From contig JBGPJZ010000002.1 of assembly GCA_041485695.1 (NCBI GenBank), positions 65,499-129,498 of the forward strand: a stretch of DNA of 64,000 nt, read 5' to 3'. Source of the stretch: Minisyncoccia bacterium. Lineage in GTDB: Bacteria; Patescibacteriota; Minisyncoccia; Phycocordibacterales; Phycocordibacteraceae. Below, one piece after another: positions 38,332 through 47,186 of the stretch. Each line of letters starts with the position of its first letter. Within the stretch, counting starts at the first letter, position 1. A model generated the notes under the pieces. It was not told the origin of the DNA and did no database searches. It worked only from the letters and a program-made list of their open reading frames with translations. Position numbers and translations under genes: made by a program.

Positions 38332-38940
38332 TTATACCACGCCAGGAGCAATCTTCGTTAATTGCTCGCGGATGACTTCAGGGTACAGCTTCCGCTCCTC
38401 GACCTTGATCCGTTCCCACAGATGCGCCACGCGCAGAGCGAGTGAGATTGATTCGTCAAGCTCTTCGGGCAATACCGGCACTTCTACTTGGGCGATGACG
38501 GGGCCGCCATCGAGGTCCTCGGTTAGGTAATGGATAGTAGAGCCTGCAATGCTTTCGCGAGCGCGGAGTGTATCAGCGACTGCTTCTTCTCCCTTGTATT
38601 TTGGCAAGAGCGCAGGATGTGAGTTCGTAGCTACGCCGCCGTAGATCGTAAAGAAGACGGGGCTCAAACGAGTATTGAAGCCCATTGACGCCGTCACACG
38701 AATCCCCTCGTCCTCGAGACACTGCGCAACCTCGGCCGAAAAGTCGTCCCGCTTCTCCGGCGTGAATTCTGATCTGCGAAGCGGACGACTGACAAGTTTG
38801 ATGCGCAGACCCTCCGCTTTAGCTACCTCGAGCGCCCGGCAGGGGCGATCGGCCAGGACAATCGCAAAATCTATACCAGCGGCACTTGCCGCTTCTCGCA
38901 GTGTTCCGCTACCAGATACCAGCGCAGCTATCTTGAACAT
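38332..38940 (-). CDS. formyltransferase-family protein (PurN-like)
   Basis: ...IAALVSGSGT...NSHPALLPKYKG...GSTIHYLTEDLDGGPVIAQ... are the formyl_trans_N motifs. Followed by a GGCGGCGCGA-UACG-UCGCGCCGCC terminator (38215..38238). Confidence 0.7.
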   Translation of the reverse strand: MFKIAALVSGSGTLREAASAAGIDFAIVLADRPCRALEVAKAEGLRIKLVSRPLRRSEFTPEKRDDFSAEVAQCLEDEGIRVTASMGFNTRLSPVFFTIYGGVATNSHPALLPKYKGEEAVADTLRARESIAGSTIHYLTEDLDGGPVIAQVEVPVLPEELDESISLALRVAHLWERIKVEERKLYPEVIREQLTKIAPGVV

Positions 38941-38974
38941 TCCTGCTCTCCTCTTAAAACGGTCCCGAGCGATT

Positions 38975-39598
38975 TTACATCCCGCTCAACAAATGGGCAA
39001 GGTAGGCAACAAAAAGTCCGAAGGGACCGATAAATATGAATGAAAAAAGGATGAGTACGAGAATGATGCCTACCGAACCGAGCGCGCGAATGCGATTTTC
39101 AAACATGATGAGATTGTGCGAATAGCTAAAGGGCAAGATGCCGCGGAGGACGGTGTAGCCATCCATCGGCGGGAATGGGATGAGATTGAAAAGGCCGAGA
39201 AAAAGATTGACGAAGCAGATGAGCGCCGCGAAGGCAGCCGCGGCGGGTAACGTACCCGCCGTTGCTCGCGCAATGAAAGCAAAAATAACCGCGAGTAAGA
39301 TGTTGGTCGCTGAGCCCGCGACGGCGACCAACGCCTCGCCCCAGCGTTTATTACGCAAATTATAGGGGTTATAGGGCACCGGCTTTGCCCACCCGAAAAG
39401 CACCCCGGCGTTTGAAAAAACGAGGAGCGCCGGAACGATGATCGAGCCCATAAGGTCGATGTGCGGGAGCGGATTAAGGGTGAGGCGGCCGGCAAGCCGC
39501 GCCGTCGGGTCGCCAAGAGCGTTCGCCGCATAGCCGTGCGCCACCTCGTGCGCAATAACCGAAAGTATAAGGACGATAACGATAAATAGCGGCTCCAT
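38975..39598 (-). CDS. site-2 protease family (peptidase M50) membrane metalloprotease
   Basis: HEVAHG zinc motif in TM1 and ...NLIPFPPMDG... in a later TM; ~6 TM helices. Confidence 0.8.
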   Translation of the reverse strand: MEPLFIVIVLILSVIAHEVAHGYAANALGDPTARLAGRLTLNPLPHIDLMGSIIVPALLVFSNAGVLFGWAKPVPYNPYNLRNKRWGEALVAVAGSATNILLAVIFAFIARATAGTLPAAAAFAALICFVNLFLGLFNLIPFPPMDGYTVLRGILPFSYSHNLIMFENRIRALGSVGIILVLILFSFIFIGPFGLFVAYLAHLLSGM

Positions 39599-39600
39599 GC

Positions 39601-39629
39601 TTGGCGTGTTCGGTGACTCATGGTAGCAT
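39601..39629 (+). promoter_or_regulatory. promoter -35 TTGGCG / 17 / -10 TAGCAT giving a near-leaderless rpmB mRNA
   Basis: The -10 ends ~9 nt before the rpmB ATG. Confidence 0.35.
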
Positions 39630-39638
39630 GCGGCGACT

Positions 39639-39881
39639 ATGGCACGAGAATGCGCGATTACCGGTAAATCGACTCAGGTTGGCGGGCGGTACTCCAACCG
39701 TACCCGCGCGACGCAATTCAACCCAACCGGCAAGGTTCGCCGCAAGTCGAACCTTCAACGCCGCAAGATTTTCGTACCTGAACTCAATAAGACGGTCATC
39801 GTCGACGTCTCGGTGAAAGGCCTCCGCACGATTAAAAAGCATGGCGCCTACGCCACTCTCAAGAAAGCCGGCGCGATTTAA
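39639..39881 (+). CDS. rpmB: 50S ribosomal protein L28
   Basis: MARECAITGKSTQVGGRYSNRTRATQFNPTG...VSVKGLRTIKKHG... Confidence 0.85.
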   Translation: MARECAITGKSTQVGGRYSNRTRATQFNPTGKVRRKSNLQRRKIFVPELNKTVIVDVSVKGLRTIKKHGAYATLKKAGAI

Positions 39882-39887
39882 AAAGAT

Positions 39888-39920
39888 AAAAGTCCCGCGG
39901 TAATCCGCGGGACTTTTGCA
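39888..39920 (+). terminator. intrinsic terminator AGUCCCGCGG-UAAU-CCGCGGGACU + UUUUG
   Basis: 10-bp perfect stem after rpmB. Stem sequence resembles the terminator at 28560. Confidence 0.6.
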
Positions 39921-40072
39921 TGCAGACGCTTTTTCAGCCATAGAGCCGCCTCTCTCTGGCAGCCTTATGATACGGATTCACAAACCAACTCTGCAGCCAC
40001 TGAACAAGCGCACGGGCCTTTTTCATGGGAACCCCCTAATCGTTAACCGAACAACGATACTAACACGCGTTC

Positions 40073-40936
40073 TTATCTTTTAGTTACCTTTCGACCGTCC
40101 GACGTGAATATAAGTCGGCCCTGCTCGTCAGTGCGATAGACAGTGGCGCCTTCGTTTGCGACGCGCGAAAGCACTTCAGGCGTCGGGTGGCCGTACGTGT
40201 TATGCGCCCCGACTGAAATCGCGACCGTGCTCGGGTGGAGCGCGGCGAGCCACGCGTCATCGGTCGAGTATTTCGAACCGTGGTGTCCTGCCTTCAATAC
40301 ATCGGTCGGCAACTCTCCATCAGTCGCGTCGAGCTGTACGAGCCAATCCTCAATAATCGACGTGAGGTCTCCCGTAAGCATGAACGATGTCGAGCCGTAG
40401 ACGACGTGCATCGTTATCGAGCCGGAGTTGGTATCAAACTTCGATACGTCGCGGTCGGGGTAGATGATGTCGGCGTACGCACCAGCGCCGAGGTCGAGGC
40501 GCATGCCGCGGCGCGCGATGACGTGGTTCACGCCCGGCTCTGCGGCCGCCGCCGCGACGAGCGCGGCGGCCGCGCGCGTGCCGTCAGGTATCCCCGGCTC
40601 GAAGAAGTTCTTGACCTCGTAGTTCGCGAACACGTCAGGCAAGCCGCCGATATGGTCTTTGTCCGGATGCGTCTCGACGACGGCGTCGAGAGTTCGCTGC
40701 CCTATCGGCAGTACTGCCCCGAGCTCGCGCAAGACCGAGCGGTCGGGGCCTCCGTCTACGAGCATCGTGATGCCGGTCGGCCCCCGCACGAGTATCGAAT
40801 CTCCCTGCCCGATATTTAGGACGGCGACCTCGAGCCCGCGCGGCGCAAGTACGTTGCGAAAGATGAACAGGTCGAGTACCGCGAGAGCCGCAGCCACGAC
40901 AAGCAAGTATTGGCGACCCCACGTGCGGCCTTGCAT
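40073..40936 (-). CDS. ComEC-type MBL-fold (lactamase_B) domain protein, membrane-anchored, encoded separately from the ComEC channel
   Basis: Start at MQGRTWGRQYLLVVAAALAVL (TM anchor); ...VLNIGQGDSILV...DAVVETHPDKDHIGGL...LKAGHHGSKYST... is typical of the ComEC C-terminal domain. Confidence 0.65.
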   Translation of the reverse strand: MQGRTWGRQYLLVVAAALAVLDLFIFRNVLAPRGLEVAVLNIGQGDSILVRGPTGITMLVDGGPDRSVLRELGAVLPIGQRTLDAVVETHPDKDHIGGLPDVFANYEVKNFFEPGIPDGTRAAAALVAAAAAEPGVNHVIARRGMRLDLGAGAYADIIYPDRDVSKFDTNSGSITMHVVYGSTSFMLTGDLTSIIEDWLVQLDATDGELPTDVLKAGHHGSKYSTDDAWLAALHPSTVAISVGAHNTYGHPTPEVLSRVANEGATVYRTDEQGRLIFTSDGRKVTKR

Positions 40937-40978
40937 AAATATAAGAACTATAGTATAGTATAGATCGAAACAGTACAA

Positions 40979-41215
40979 ATGGTGGGTATCGTGAAATGCT
41001 TGGAAGAAGCAGTTCGTCAGACTCGAGCCATATTCCCGCACGCAACTCCGCAGGAGGTGACCAGAGACATTGAGGACATCGTGTTGACTGCCCGAGAAGA
41101 AGCGGGCCGAAGATTCCCGACGGATTCGAACGAACAAGAACGATTTATCGAGACGACGGTTTCGGCGGCGGTTCAGCGAGCGCTCGGTTCTCTGACAGGC
41201 CGGATTATGCATTAG
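40979..41215 (+). CDS. small hypothetical protein (~75 aa)
   Basis: MVGIVKCLEEAVRQTRAIFPHATPQEV... (GTG at 40991 with a GGTGGG SD is an alternative start). Followed by a strong bidirectional terminator. Confidence 0.35.
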   Translation: MVGIVKCLEEAVRQTRAIFPHATPQEVTRDIEDIVLTAREEAGRRFPTDSNEQERFIETTVSAAVQRALGSLTGRIMH

Positions 41216-41228
41216 TGCAACAGTGCAA

Positions 41229-41272
41229 CGAAAACGGGCGCTCCTTGCGAGGAGCGCCCGTTTTGTATTTCA
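41229..41272. terminator. bidirectional intrinsic terminator ACGGGCGCUCC-UUGCGA-GGAGCGCCCGU
   Basis: 11-bp stem, U-run on the plus side (UUUUGUAUUUC) and UUUUCGUUGC on the minus side. Sits between convergent small ORFs. Confidence 0.6.
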
Positions 41273-41279
41273 GAAAAAT

Positions 41280-41450
41280 CTATTGATAGCCCTCGTTAGC
41301 TGTTCGGGCGCCTTGTGCAGCCTCGTCTTTGCTTTTCCCGAAGTGAGGCATGCCGTGCTTGTCCATCACGTAATAGGCGGGTCCCTCCTCAGCCATTTCT
41401 TCTGCTGCGGCTTCGGCTTCTTTGCTTCGTTTAAACTCTTCCATGCTCAT
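41280..41450 (-). CDS. small acidic hypothetical protein (~56 aa)
   Basis: MSMEEFKRSKEAEAAAEEMAEEGPAYYVMDKHGMPHFGKSKDEAAQGARTANEGYQ. Divergent from sod across an AGTATACT palindromic -10-like element. Confidence 0.3.
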   Translation of the reverse strand: MSMEEFKRSKEAEAAAEEMAEEGPAYYVMDKHGMPHFGKSKDEAAQGARTANEGYQ

Positions 41451-41539
41451 AGTCAAGATGCATTTAAGCATTTAGTAATACGCTCTAAGTATACTGTAGG
41501 CGCTCAAAAACACCAGAGTGCTTTGCTATACTGACAGAT

Positions 41540-42130
41540 ATGACTTACACCGCACGACAATTCAACCTCCCGGCCCTTAAGGGGCTTTCGGAGAAGCAGA
41601 TCAAGGTACACCTCGCGCTCTACGAGGGGTACGTCAAACACGTGAACCTCATCGCAGAGAAGCTAGGGGCGGTGCGTAGCGGCACGCTCGAACTCGACCC
41701 CTACATCGTCGCCGAGCTCCGGCGGCGGTTCGCCTTCGAGTTCGACGGCATGCGCATGCATGAATATTATTTCGAACAGTTCGAGGGGGACAAAGGTGGA
41801 GACCCGGAGTCGGCGCTCGCCAAGGCCGCCGCAGAGAAATACGGGAGCGGAGAGAATTTCCTCACGCATATCAAAGAGGTCGCGGGTACGCGCGGCATCG
41901 GCTGGGTCGTCGTTTACTACGACCCGATCGGCAAAGTGCTTCACACCGTCTTCGTCGGCGATCACGAGCTCGGCCAGCTTGCCGGCCTCCCTATCATCCT
42001 TGCTTTGGACCTCTGGGAGCACGCCTACATGGTCGACTATGTCCCTGCTGAAAAGAAGAACTACGTCGACGCCTTTTTAGATAATGTGAATTGGAGCGTC
42101 ATCGAGTCGCGCTTCGCGAAAGCGATGTAA
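41540..42130 (+). CDS. Fe/Mn-family superoxide dismutase (divergent)
   Basis: 196 aa. C-terminal DLWEHAYMVDY matches the SOD D-x-W-E-H-A-Y-Y signature, with N-terminal helical hairpin His residues. Leaderless-type start (TATACT -10 ~9 nt upstream). The 3' end overlaps the comEC 3' end by ~70 bp on the opposite strand. Confidence 0.65.
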   Translation: MTYTARQFNLPALKGLSEKQIKVHLALYEGYVKHVNLIAEKLGAVRSGTLELDPYIVAELRRRFAFEFDGMRMHEYYFEQFEGDKGGDPESALAKAAAEKYGSGENFLTHIKEVAGTRGIGWVVVYYDPIGKVLHTVFVGDHELGQLAGLPIILALDLWEHAYMVDYVPAEKKNYVDAFLDNVNWSVIESRFAKAM

Positions 42131-43554
42131 ATAAGGGCGGCGTACGCGAGGAGCACGAATATAAACGGGAACGCCGGCAGGTGAAGCGCGGCGAATGGGA
42201 GCGCGCTCCCCCACCGTGCGATAGCGATGATGTAGGCCGTGAGCGCGTACCCCGGGAGCGCAAGCGGCCAGCCAGCGGCGCCGAAGATGGCACCAGCGAG
42301 GCCGGCGAGCGCCGCGAGACCCATTGCGGCCGGCATCACCGCGGTTACGAGGAGATTCGCCGGCACCGAGACTATCGAGAAGACGCCGGTCTGGTAGAGG
42401 AGGAGCGGGAGCACTGCAGCCTGTGCGGAGAGCGTCGTCGCGAGCGCGCTACGCCAGAAGGCGTTCTTGATACGCGCTAATTTGAGCTCAATCAAGGGTG
42501 AGAGCCAAATGAGCCCCGCAGTCGCCGCGACCGAGAGGCCGAAGCCGGGGTCGAAGGCGAGGATGAACGGATTCCACGCGAGAACGAGCACGATGATGGC
42601 GAGGAGGGCGCGACCAGCCGCATAGGTGCGCCCGCTTGCGCGCGCATAGAGAGCGATTAGAGCCATAAGCGCGGCGCGGATTGCCGTTGAAGTCGCGCCT
42701 GCGACTGCCACGAAGAGGACGACCGCAATGGCTCCTGCGAGCGCGGCGCTGCCACGGCGAAATCTCAATACACCGATGAGGTACATCACCCATTCGGCGA
42801 CGACCATCACGTTGTAGCCCGAGAGCACGATGATCTGCACGAGCCCGGTCATGATAAATGCGTTTTGGAGTTCGCTCCCGAGCCCGGTCTTGCCGCCGAT
42901 GACGATGCCGCCGGCAAGCGAGGCGTATGGCTCGGGGAGGGCGGCCGAGAGGCCGCCTAAGAATGCGTGCTTCACCTGCGCAAGCGCCGAGGGCACGGAG
43001 TACCACGGAGCGGGCTCGAGGACCTTGAACGAAGCGTTGTTTATCAAGAATCGCACGCCATCTTTTTGCAGGTATTTATCATAGGCGAAGACGCGGCCCC
43101 CTTCATCGGCGCTTGAAAAGGGTTGCGGCAGGGCGAGCGTGCCTGAAACGCTGACCCGCTCCCCCACCGCTACGCCCGGGTAGCGGTCAGCAACCGCAAG
43201 CATCTTTGCACTTTCTCCGTTCGCAGAGACGAACACCGGCACGCGCTGGTTCGTGTCGCGCACATCAGGGTCGCCGACGACGACTCCTTCGTAACTCACG
43301 AAAGTGCCGAGGGTGGTCGCAAAGTGGGGCGGGAGCGGAGTGTCTGCAAGGTGCATCCGTGCAGCACCAAGCGCGAAGGATATAAAAAATAAAGCGCAGA
43401 GCGTGTACGCGAGCCGCGGCCGCGTTTTCGCGGCCGCGGCAAAAATCCCCGCAAGCATGAAGGTGAAGATGATGATCGGCCAGCCAGAAACGAAAAGCGA
43501 GCGGAGTAAGACCCCGCTCGCGAATCCGCCGACAACAGCGAACAGTGTATTCAT
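42061..43554 (-). CDS. comEC: competence protein ComEC/Rec2 membrane channel (DUF4131 + Competence domains), no fused MBL domain
   Basis: 497 aa polytopic; N-terminal OB-like region (VVVGDPDVRDTNQRVPV...) then the competence-domain TM bundle. Start overlaps the rnhA stop (ATGA). Confidence 0.75.
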   Translation of the reverse strand: MNTLFAVVGGFASGVLLRSLFVSGWPIIIFTFMLAGIFAAAAKTRPRLAYTLCALFFISFALGAARMHLADTPLPPHFATTLGTFVSYEGVVVGDPDVRDTNQRVPVFVSANGESAKMLAVADRYPGVAVGERVSVSGTLALPQPFSSADEGGRVFAYDKYLQKDGVRFLINNASFKVLEPAPWYSVPSALAQVKHAFLGGLSAALPEPYASLAGGIVIGGKTGLGSELQNAFIMTGLVQIIVLSGYNVMVVAEWVMYLIGVLRFRRGSAALAGAIAVVLFVAVAGATSTAIRAALMALIALYARASGRTYAAGRALLAIIVLVLAWNPFILAFDPGFGLSVAATAGLIWLSPLIELKLARIKNAFWRSALATTLSAQAAVLPLLLYQTGVFSIVSVPANLLVTAVMPAAMGLAALAGLAGAIFGAAGWPLALPGYALTAYIIAIARWGSALPFAALHLPAFPFIFVLLAYAALIYIAFAKRDSMTLQFTLSKKAST

Positions 43555-44000
43555 GCCTCGCCCGTGGCCGGGCTACGGCCGAGGGCACCCCGATCCATCG
43601 CTTCGTTGGCCAAGGCGTCGGCGTCGCTGTTCTGCGCACGCGGGACATGTATGAAGGTGACTGATTTGAATGCGCCAGCCTTATGCGCGAGCTTCGCGTG
43701 CTGACCCTTAAGGTTTGGATGCTTCACCTTATACTCCCCCTTCATCTGCTTTACGATGAGTTCGCTGTCCATCTTTACAACTACATCAGTTTTTTCGTGC
43801 TTGCCTTCTCCCACGATACGCGAGAGTTCGTCGAAAGCGAGGATGACCGCTTGGTATTCAGCAAAGTTATTCGTCTGATGGCCCAAGAACTTCGAAACCA
43901 CCGCGACGGTACTGCCGGCTTCATCGCGCACGACGGCGCCCGCGCCCGCGGGCCCCGGGTTCCCTCTCGCCCCGCCATCAGCATGAATCGTAAAATGCAT
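43551..44000 (-). CDS. rnhA: ribonuclease HI
   Basis: MHFTIHADGGARGNPGPAGAGAVV...NNFAEYQAVILA...VVKMDSELIVKQ...HVPRAQNSDADALAN is the DEDD RNase H fold. Confidence 0.8.
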   Translation of the reverse strand: MHFTIHADGGARGNPGPAGAGAVVRDEAGSTVAVVSKFLGHQTNNFAEYQAVILAFDELSRIVGEGKHEKTDVVVKMDSELIVKQMKGEYKVKHPNLKGQHAKLAHKAGAFKSVTFIHVPRAQNSDADALANEAMDRGALGRSPATGEA

Positions 44001-44067
44001 GCGGGCAGTATAGCAAGATACGAACTACCGGCATCCCATAAAGAGGCGCCGGTAGGTGAAACCAGGA

Positions 44068-44646
44068 TTATTTGAATTCAAGAACGAGCCCGCGGAGACC
44101 CAGCAAAATACTTTCTACTGGACGCTCTCCGTTTACTTGATGCAGAAGGCCCTGCGATTCGAAGAATGCACACGCCGTGTCAAGCGCAGCATTTTGCTCC
44201 TTAAGCCGCGCGACCATTTTCTCGAGCGTGTCGCTATCAGGCCGATGTTCTTTTTGTGCACGCGCCTGTTGTCGCCGAAGAGATTCTTCGTCGCTTATGA
44301 CGAGCTCGATGGCTCTGTAAGGCCGTTTAAGCCAAGATACTACCGTGTGGAAGTATTCTGCTTGCCTTTCGCTCCGGCCGAAGCCGTCAAAGATCGCTCC
44401 TTCTTCTGTATTCAGGCTAAGCGCGGCGTTGGAAAACAGGGAGTCGACGAACCACGTGGGCAGCATCTGACCGGTGTCATACACCTTGCGGACTCGCTCA
44501 CCGAGCTCGCTGTGGGAACCACGTATGGCACGAAACATCTCGCCGGAAGCAAAGTGTCGCCACCCGAGTTCCTTCGCGAGGAGCTTCGCTTGCGTCCCCT
44601 TGCCGGCACCTGGCCGGCCGAGGAGGAGTATCGTTTTAGTTTTCAT
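44068..44646 (-). CDS. second adenylate-kinase-family NMP kinase (short, LID-less paralog)
   Basis: Start at MKTKTILLLGRPGAGKGTQAKLLAKELG...FDGFGRS...ISDEES...VNGE. Clear paralog of adk at 19834..20400. Confidence 0.7.
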   Translation of the reverse strand: MKTKTILLLGRPGAGKGTQAKLLAKELGWRHFASGEMFRAIRGSHSELGERVRKVYDTGQMLPTWFVDSLFSNAALSLNTEEGAIFDGFGRSERQAEYFHTVVSWLKRPYRAIELVISDEESLRRQQARAQKEHRPDSDTLEKMVARLKEQNAALDTACAFFESQGLLHQVNGERPVESILLGLRGLVLEFK

Positions 44647-44682
44647 GTGAGTAATCCTTCCATTTCGTCTCAAGGCATCAAA

Positions 44683-46344
44683 TCACGACGGCTTCTGTAG
44701 GTCAACGATACGCAGGCGGGGTCGGTTCCTCCGCGAGAACTGGTCGCGCTCGAGGTGGGCGAGGATGTTTGCGCGCGAGCCTTGCGTAAGAGCTCGCGCC
44801 GCCTTCGCGATATCGCCTTTTGCGAAAAAGGTGACGGCCTCAAGCTTCCCAAAGTCGTGGACGATTTCGATTTTTAAGTGTTCGTTGCCTTTCCCGAAGT
44901 ACGAAACCCGCGAAATCGCGCACTCTCTAAGGAGAAACAGCGGTTTCCTATTCTTCTCTCCGAAGGGAGCGAGTCGTTCGACCTTCTCAAGGAGCGAGTC
45001 GTTCGCCTGATGAGCAACAATCTCGACGTCGACGTTGAGAGCCCCTTCGACAGCGAGCGTGCTCGCCGTTTTTTTATGGGCCTCAATGAGACGCTCTTCA
45101 AGATAGAAAACCTGGTCATCTTTCACAGTGAAACCAGCGGACATGGCGTGCCCGCCGAACTCGACAAAAACTCCGTCGGCGGCCGTCATGAGGTTTACGA
45201 CATGTACGGCACCATCAGAGCGGCAGGAGCCCTTCAAGGCTTGGTTGCCCTCCCTGCCCCAAAGAAAGACGGGCCGCTCATACTCTTCAGCAATCCCGTT
45301 TGCGACAAGGCCAAGTAGGCCTGGCCGCCACGCAGGGTCACCAAGCGCGATGATGCTCGGGATACTAGTGCGCGCCTTGAGCCGGTCGTGCACCGCGCGT
45401 GTTATAGCGCCGGCCTGCGCCTTGCGCTCGCGATTCGCCTTATCGAGTTTTTTCGCGAGCGCTTCGGCTTCGGTCTCGTCTTTCGTCGTAAAGAGCTTGA
45501 AGGCTTCGTGGGCGTCGCCCATCCTCGACGCGGCATTCACGCGCGGCGCGATCATAAAACCGACGTCGTCCTCGGTAATCATCGATTGGTTCATGCGCAT
45601 GACGCGGCAGAGTCTTTGCAGCCCGATGCGCGGGGATTTGCGAAGCACTTTGAGGCCGTACTTCGCGAGCACGCGATTCTCGCCCACCAAGGGCATCATG
45701 TCAGCGATAGTCGCGAGACCGACCATGTCGAGGAGCCACTTCTCCCAGCCCGTCGGGACCTTTTCACGGAGCGAGGGGTGGACAGCGAGTACGGCGCAGA
45801 CAAGCTTCCACGCCGTCGCTGCCCCGCAAAGCTCGGGAAAGGGATATGTTTCTCCTTCTTGCTTGTCATCCACCACGATGGCATCCGGGAGGATGTCGCC
45901 AGGGAGATGGTGGTCGGTCACGATGACATCCATCCCGAGCGCTCGCGCTCGCGCGACCGGCGCGATATCCGTAATGCCCGAGTCGGCGGTGACGAGAAGT
46001 TTCACCCCGCTCTCGGCGAGTTTCTCGACGCCCTCGACATTCACGCCATACCCCTCTTCGTGCCGGTGCGGTATGTAAATCTCGAAATTCGCGCCCGCTT
46101 TTTGCAAAAAATCATGGAGCAAAACCGCTGCGGGGATGCCGTCGCAGTCATAATCGGTCCATGCGGCGATTCTCTCACCAGAGAGAATCGCCGCCCCGAG
46201 CCGCTCCGCAGCCTCTCGCATGTTCTTCATCAGTAGCGGGTCGTAGAGGTGGAGGTCGTACGAAGGGTTCAAGAATCTCTCGATGTCTTCTTTCGTCTCG
46301 ACACCGCGATTGCGCAAGAGGAGGAGCGTAAAATCATCCGGCAT
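44683..46344 (-). CDS. recJ: single-stranded-DNA-specific exonuclease RecJ
   Basis: 553 aa with DHH (VIVTDHH) and DHHA1 motifs plus a C-terminal OB-like region. Confidence 0.85.
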   Translation of the reverse strand: MPDDFTLLLLRNRGVETKEDIERFLNPSYDLHLYDPLLMKNMREAAERLGAAILSGERIAAWTDYDCDGIPAAVLLHDFLQKAGANFEIYIPHRHEEGYGVNVEGVEKLAESGVKLLVTADSGITDIAPVARARALGMDVIVTDHHLPGDILPDAIVVDDKQEGETYPFPELCGAATAWKLVCAVLAVHPSLREKVPTGWEKWLLDMVGLATIADMMPLVGENRVLAKYGLKVLRKSPRIGLQRLCRVMRMNQSMITEDDVGFMIAPRVNAASRMGDAHEAFKLFTTKDETEAEALAKKLDKANRERKAQAGAITRAVHDRLKARTSIPSIIALGDPAWRPGLLGLVANGIAEEYERPVFLWGREGNQALKGSCRSDGAVHVVNLMTAADGVFVEFGGHAMSAGFTVKDDQVFYLEERLIEAHKKTASTLAVEGALNVDVEIVAHQANDSLLEKVERLAPFGEKNRKPLFLLRECAISRVSYFGKGNEHLKIEIVHDFGKLEAVTFFAKGDIAKAARALTQGSRANILAHLERDQFSRRNRPRLRIVDLQKPS

Positions 46345-46358
46345 GGAGGAATGATACT

Positions 46359-46769
46359 ATGTCGGGGATGGAAGATACTATTTTCGATAAAATCATCCGT
46401 CGCGAGGTACCGGCCGACGTCGTGTACGAAGACGAAAGCGTCATTGCCTTTCTCGACATCAAACCCAACAACCCAGGCCATACGCTCGTCGTACCAAAAA
46501 ACTGGTCGCGCAACATTTTTGATATGGAGGACGCCAATCTGTGCACTCTTATAACGCGTGTCAAAAAAATCGCCCATGCCGTAAAAGAGGCGCTGAACGC
46601 GGATGGCGTCAATATCGCCATGAACAACGAACCAGCGGCCGGGCAAATCGTCTTTCATGCCCACATCCATGTCATCCCCCGTTTTATAGGAGATAACCGC
46701 GAACACAAGACGTACGCCCCCGGCGAAGCCGCTGCTATAGCTGCAAAAATCCGCGCCGCACTTACATAA
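46359..46769 (+). CDS. HIT-family (histidine triad) nucleotide hydrolase
   Basis: ...FLDIKPNNPGHTLVVPK...HAHIHVIPR... Confidence 0.85.
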   Translation: MSGMEDTIFDKIIRREVPADVVYEDESVIAFLDIKPNNPGHTLVVPKNWSRNIFDMEDANLCTLITRVKKIAHAVKEALNADGVNIAMNNEPAAGQIVFHAHIHVIPRFIGDNREHKTYAPGEAAAIAAKIRAALT

Positions 46770-46825
46770 AAAATGCCGTCGTCGATTTTCACGACGACGG
46801 CAGGTCTCTGTGGACATACGAGCGA

Positions 46826-47128
46826 CTACTCGGCCGCCTCATGAAGTACCGCAGAGGCAAACGGTTCGAAATTCTTTTGCACCTGCTTCTGCACCGCCAG
46901 ACGATACTCGCCCCAGCACATCGGGCTGGTACCGGCATCGCGATATTCTGCACGGCCGTTTTTTGCGAGATCCTTGAACACGAGCTCGACCTCCCCCAGG
47001 GTGAGCTTTCGCCCCAATTCCCTAACGGCATCGGTACGATTGAGCTCATACCCCATATACATTGGCGTCTGATAGTAGCTCTCGAGGCACCGAAACGCTG
47101 CCTCACTCACCTGCTGTGGAATCTGCAT
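46826..47128 (-). CDS. hypothetical protein (~100 aa)
   Basis: Start at MQIPQQVSEAAFRCLESYYQTPMYMGYELNRTD..., SD AAGGGAGAGGG. Lies downstream of pgk. Confidence 0.4.
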   Translation of the reverse strand: MQIPQQVSEAAFRCLESYYQTPMYMGYELNRTDAVRELGRKLTLGEVELVFKDLAKNGRAEYRDAGTSPMCWGEYRLAVQKQVQKNFEPFASAVLHEAAE

Positions 47129-47186
47129 ACGGCTAACCCTCTCCCTTGGAACCCGCGAGGATAGTACGCTACTACAGCTGAAAAAT

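Noticed and set aside
45128-46236. 316-aa and 282-aa plus-strand ORFs
   Set aside because: Antisense to recJ, which has unambiguous DHH/DHHA1 homology; Ser/Arg/Ala-rich low-complexity translation.
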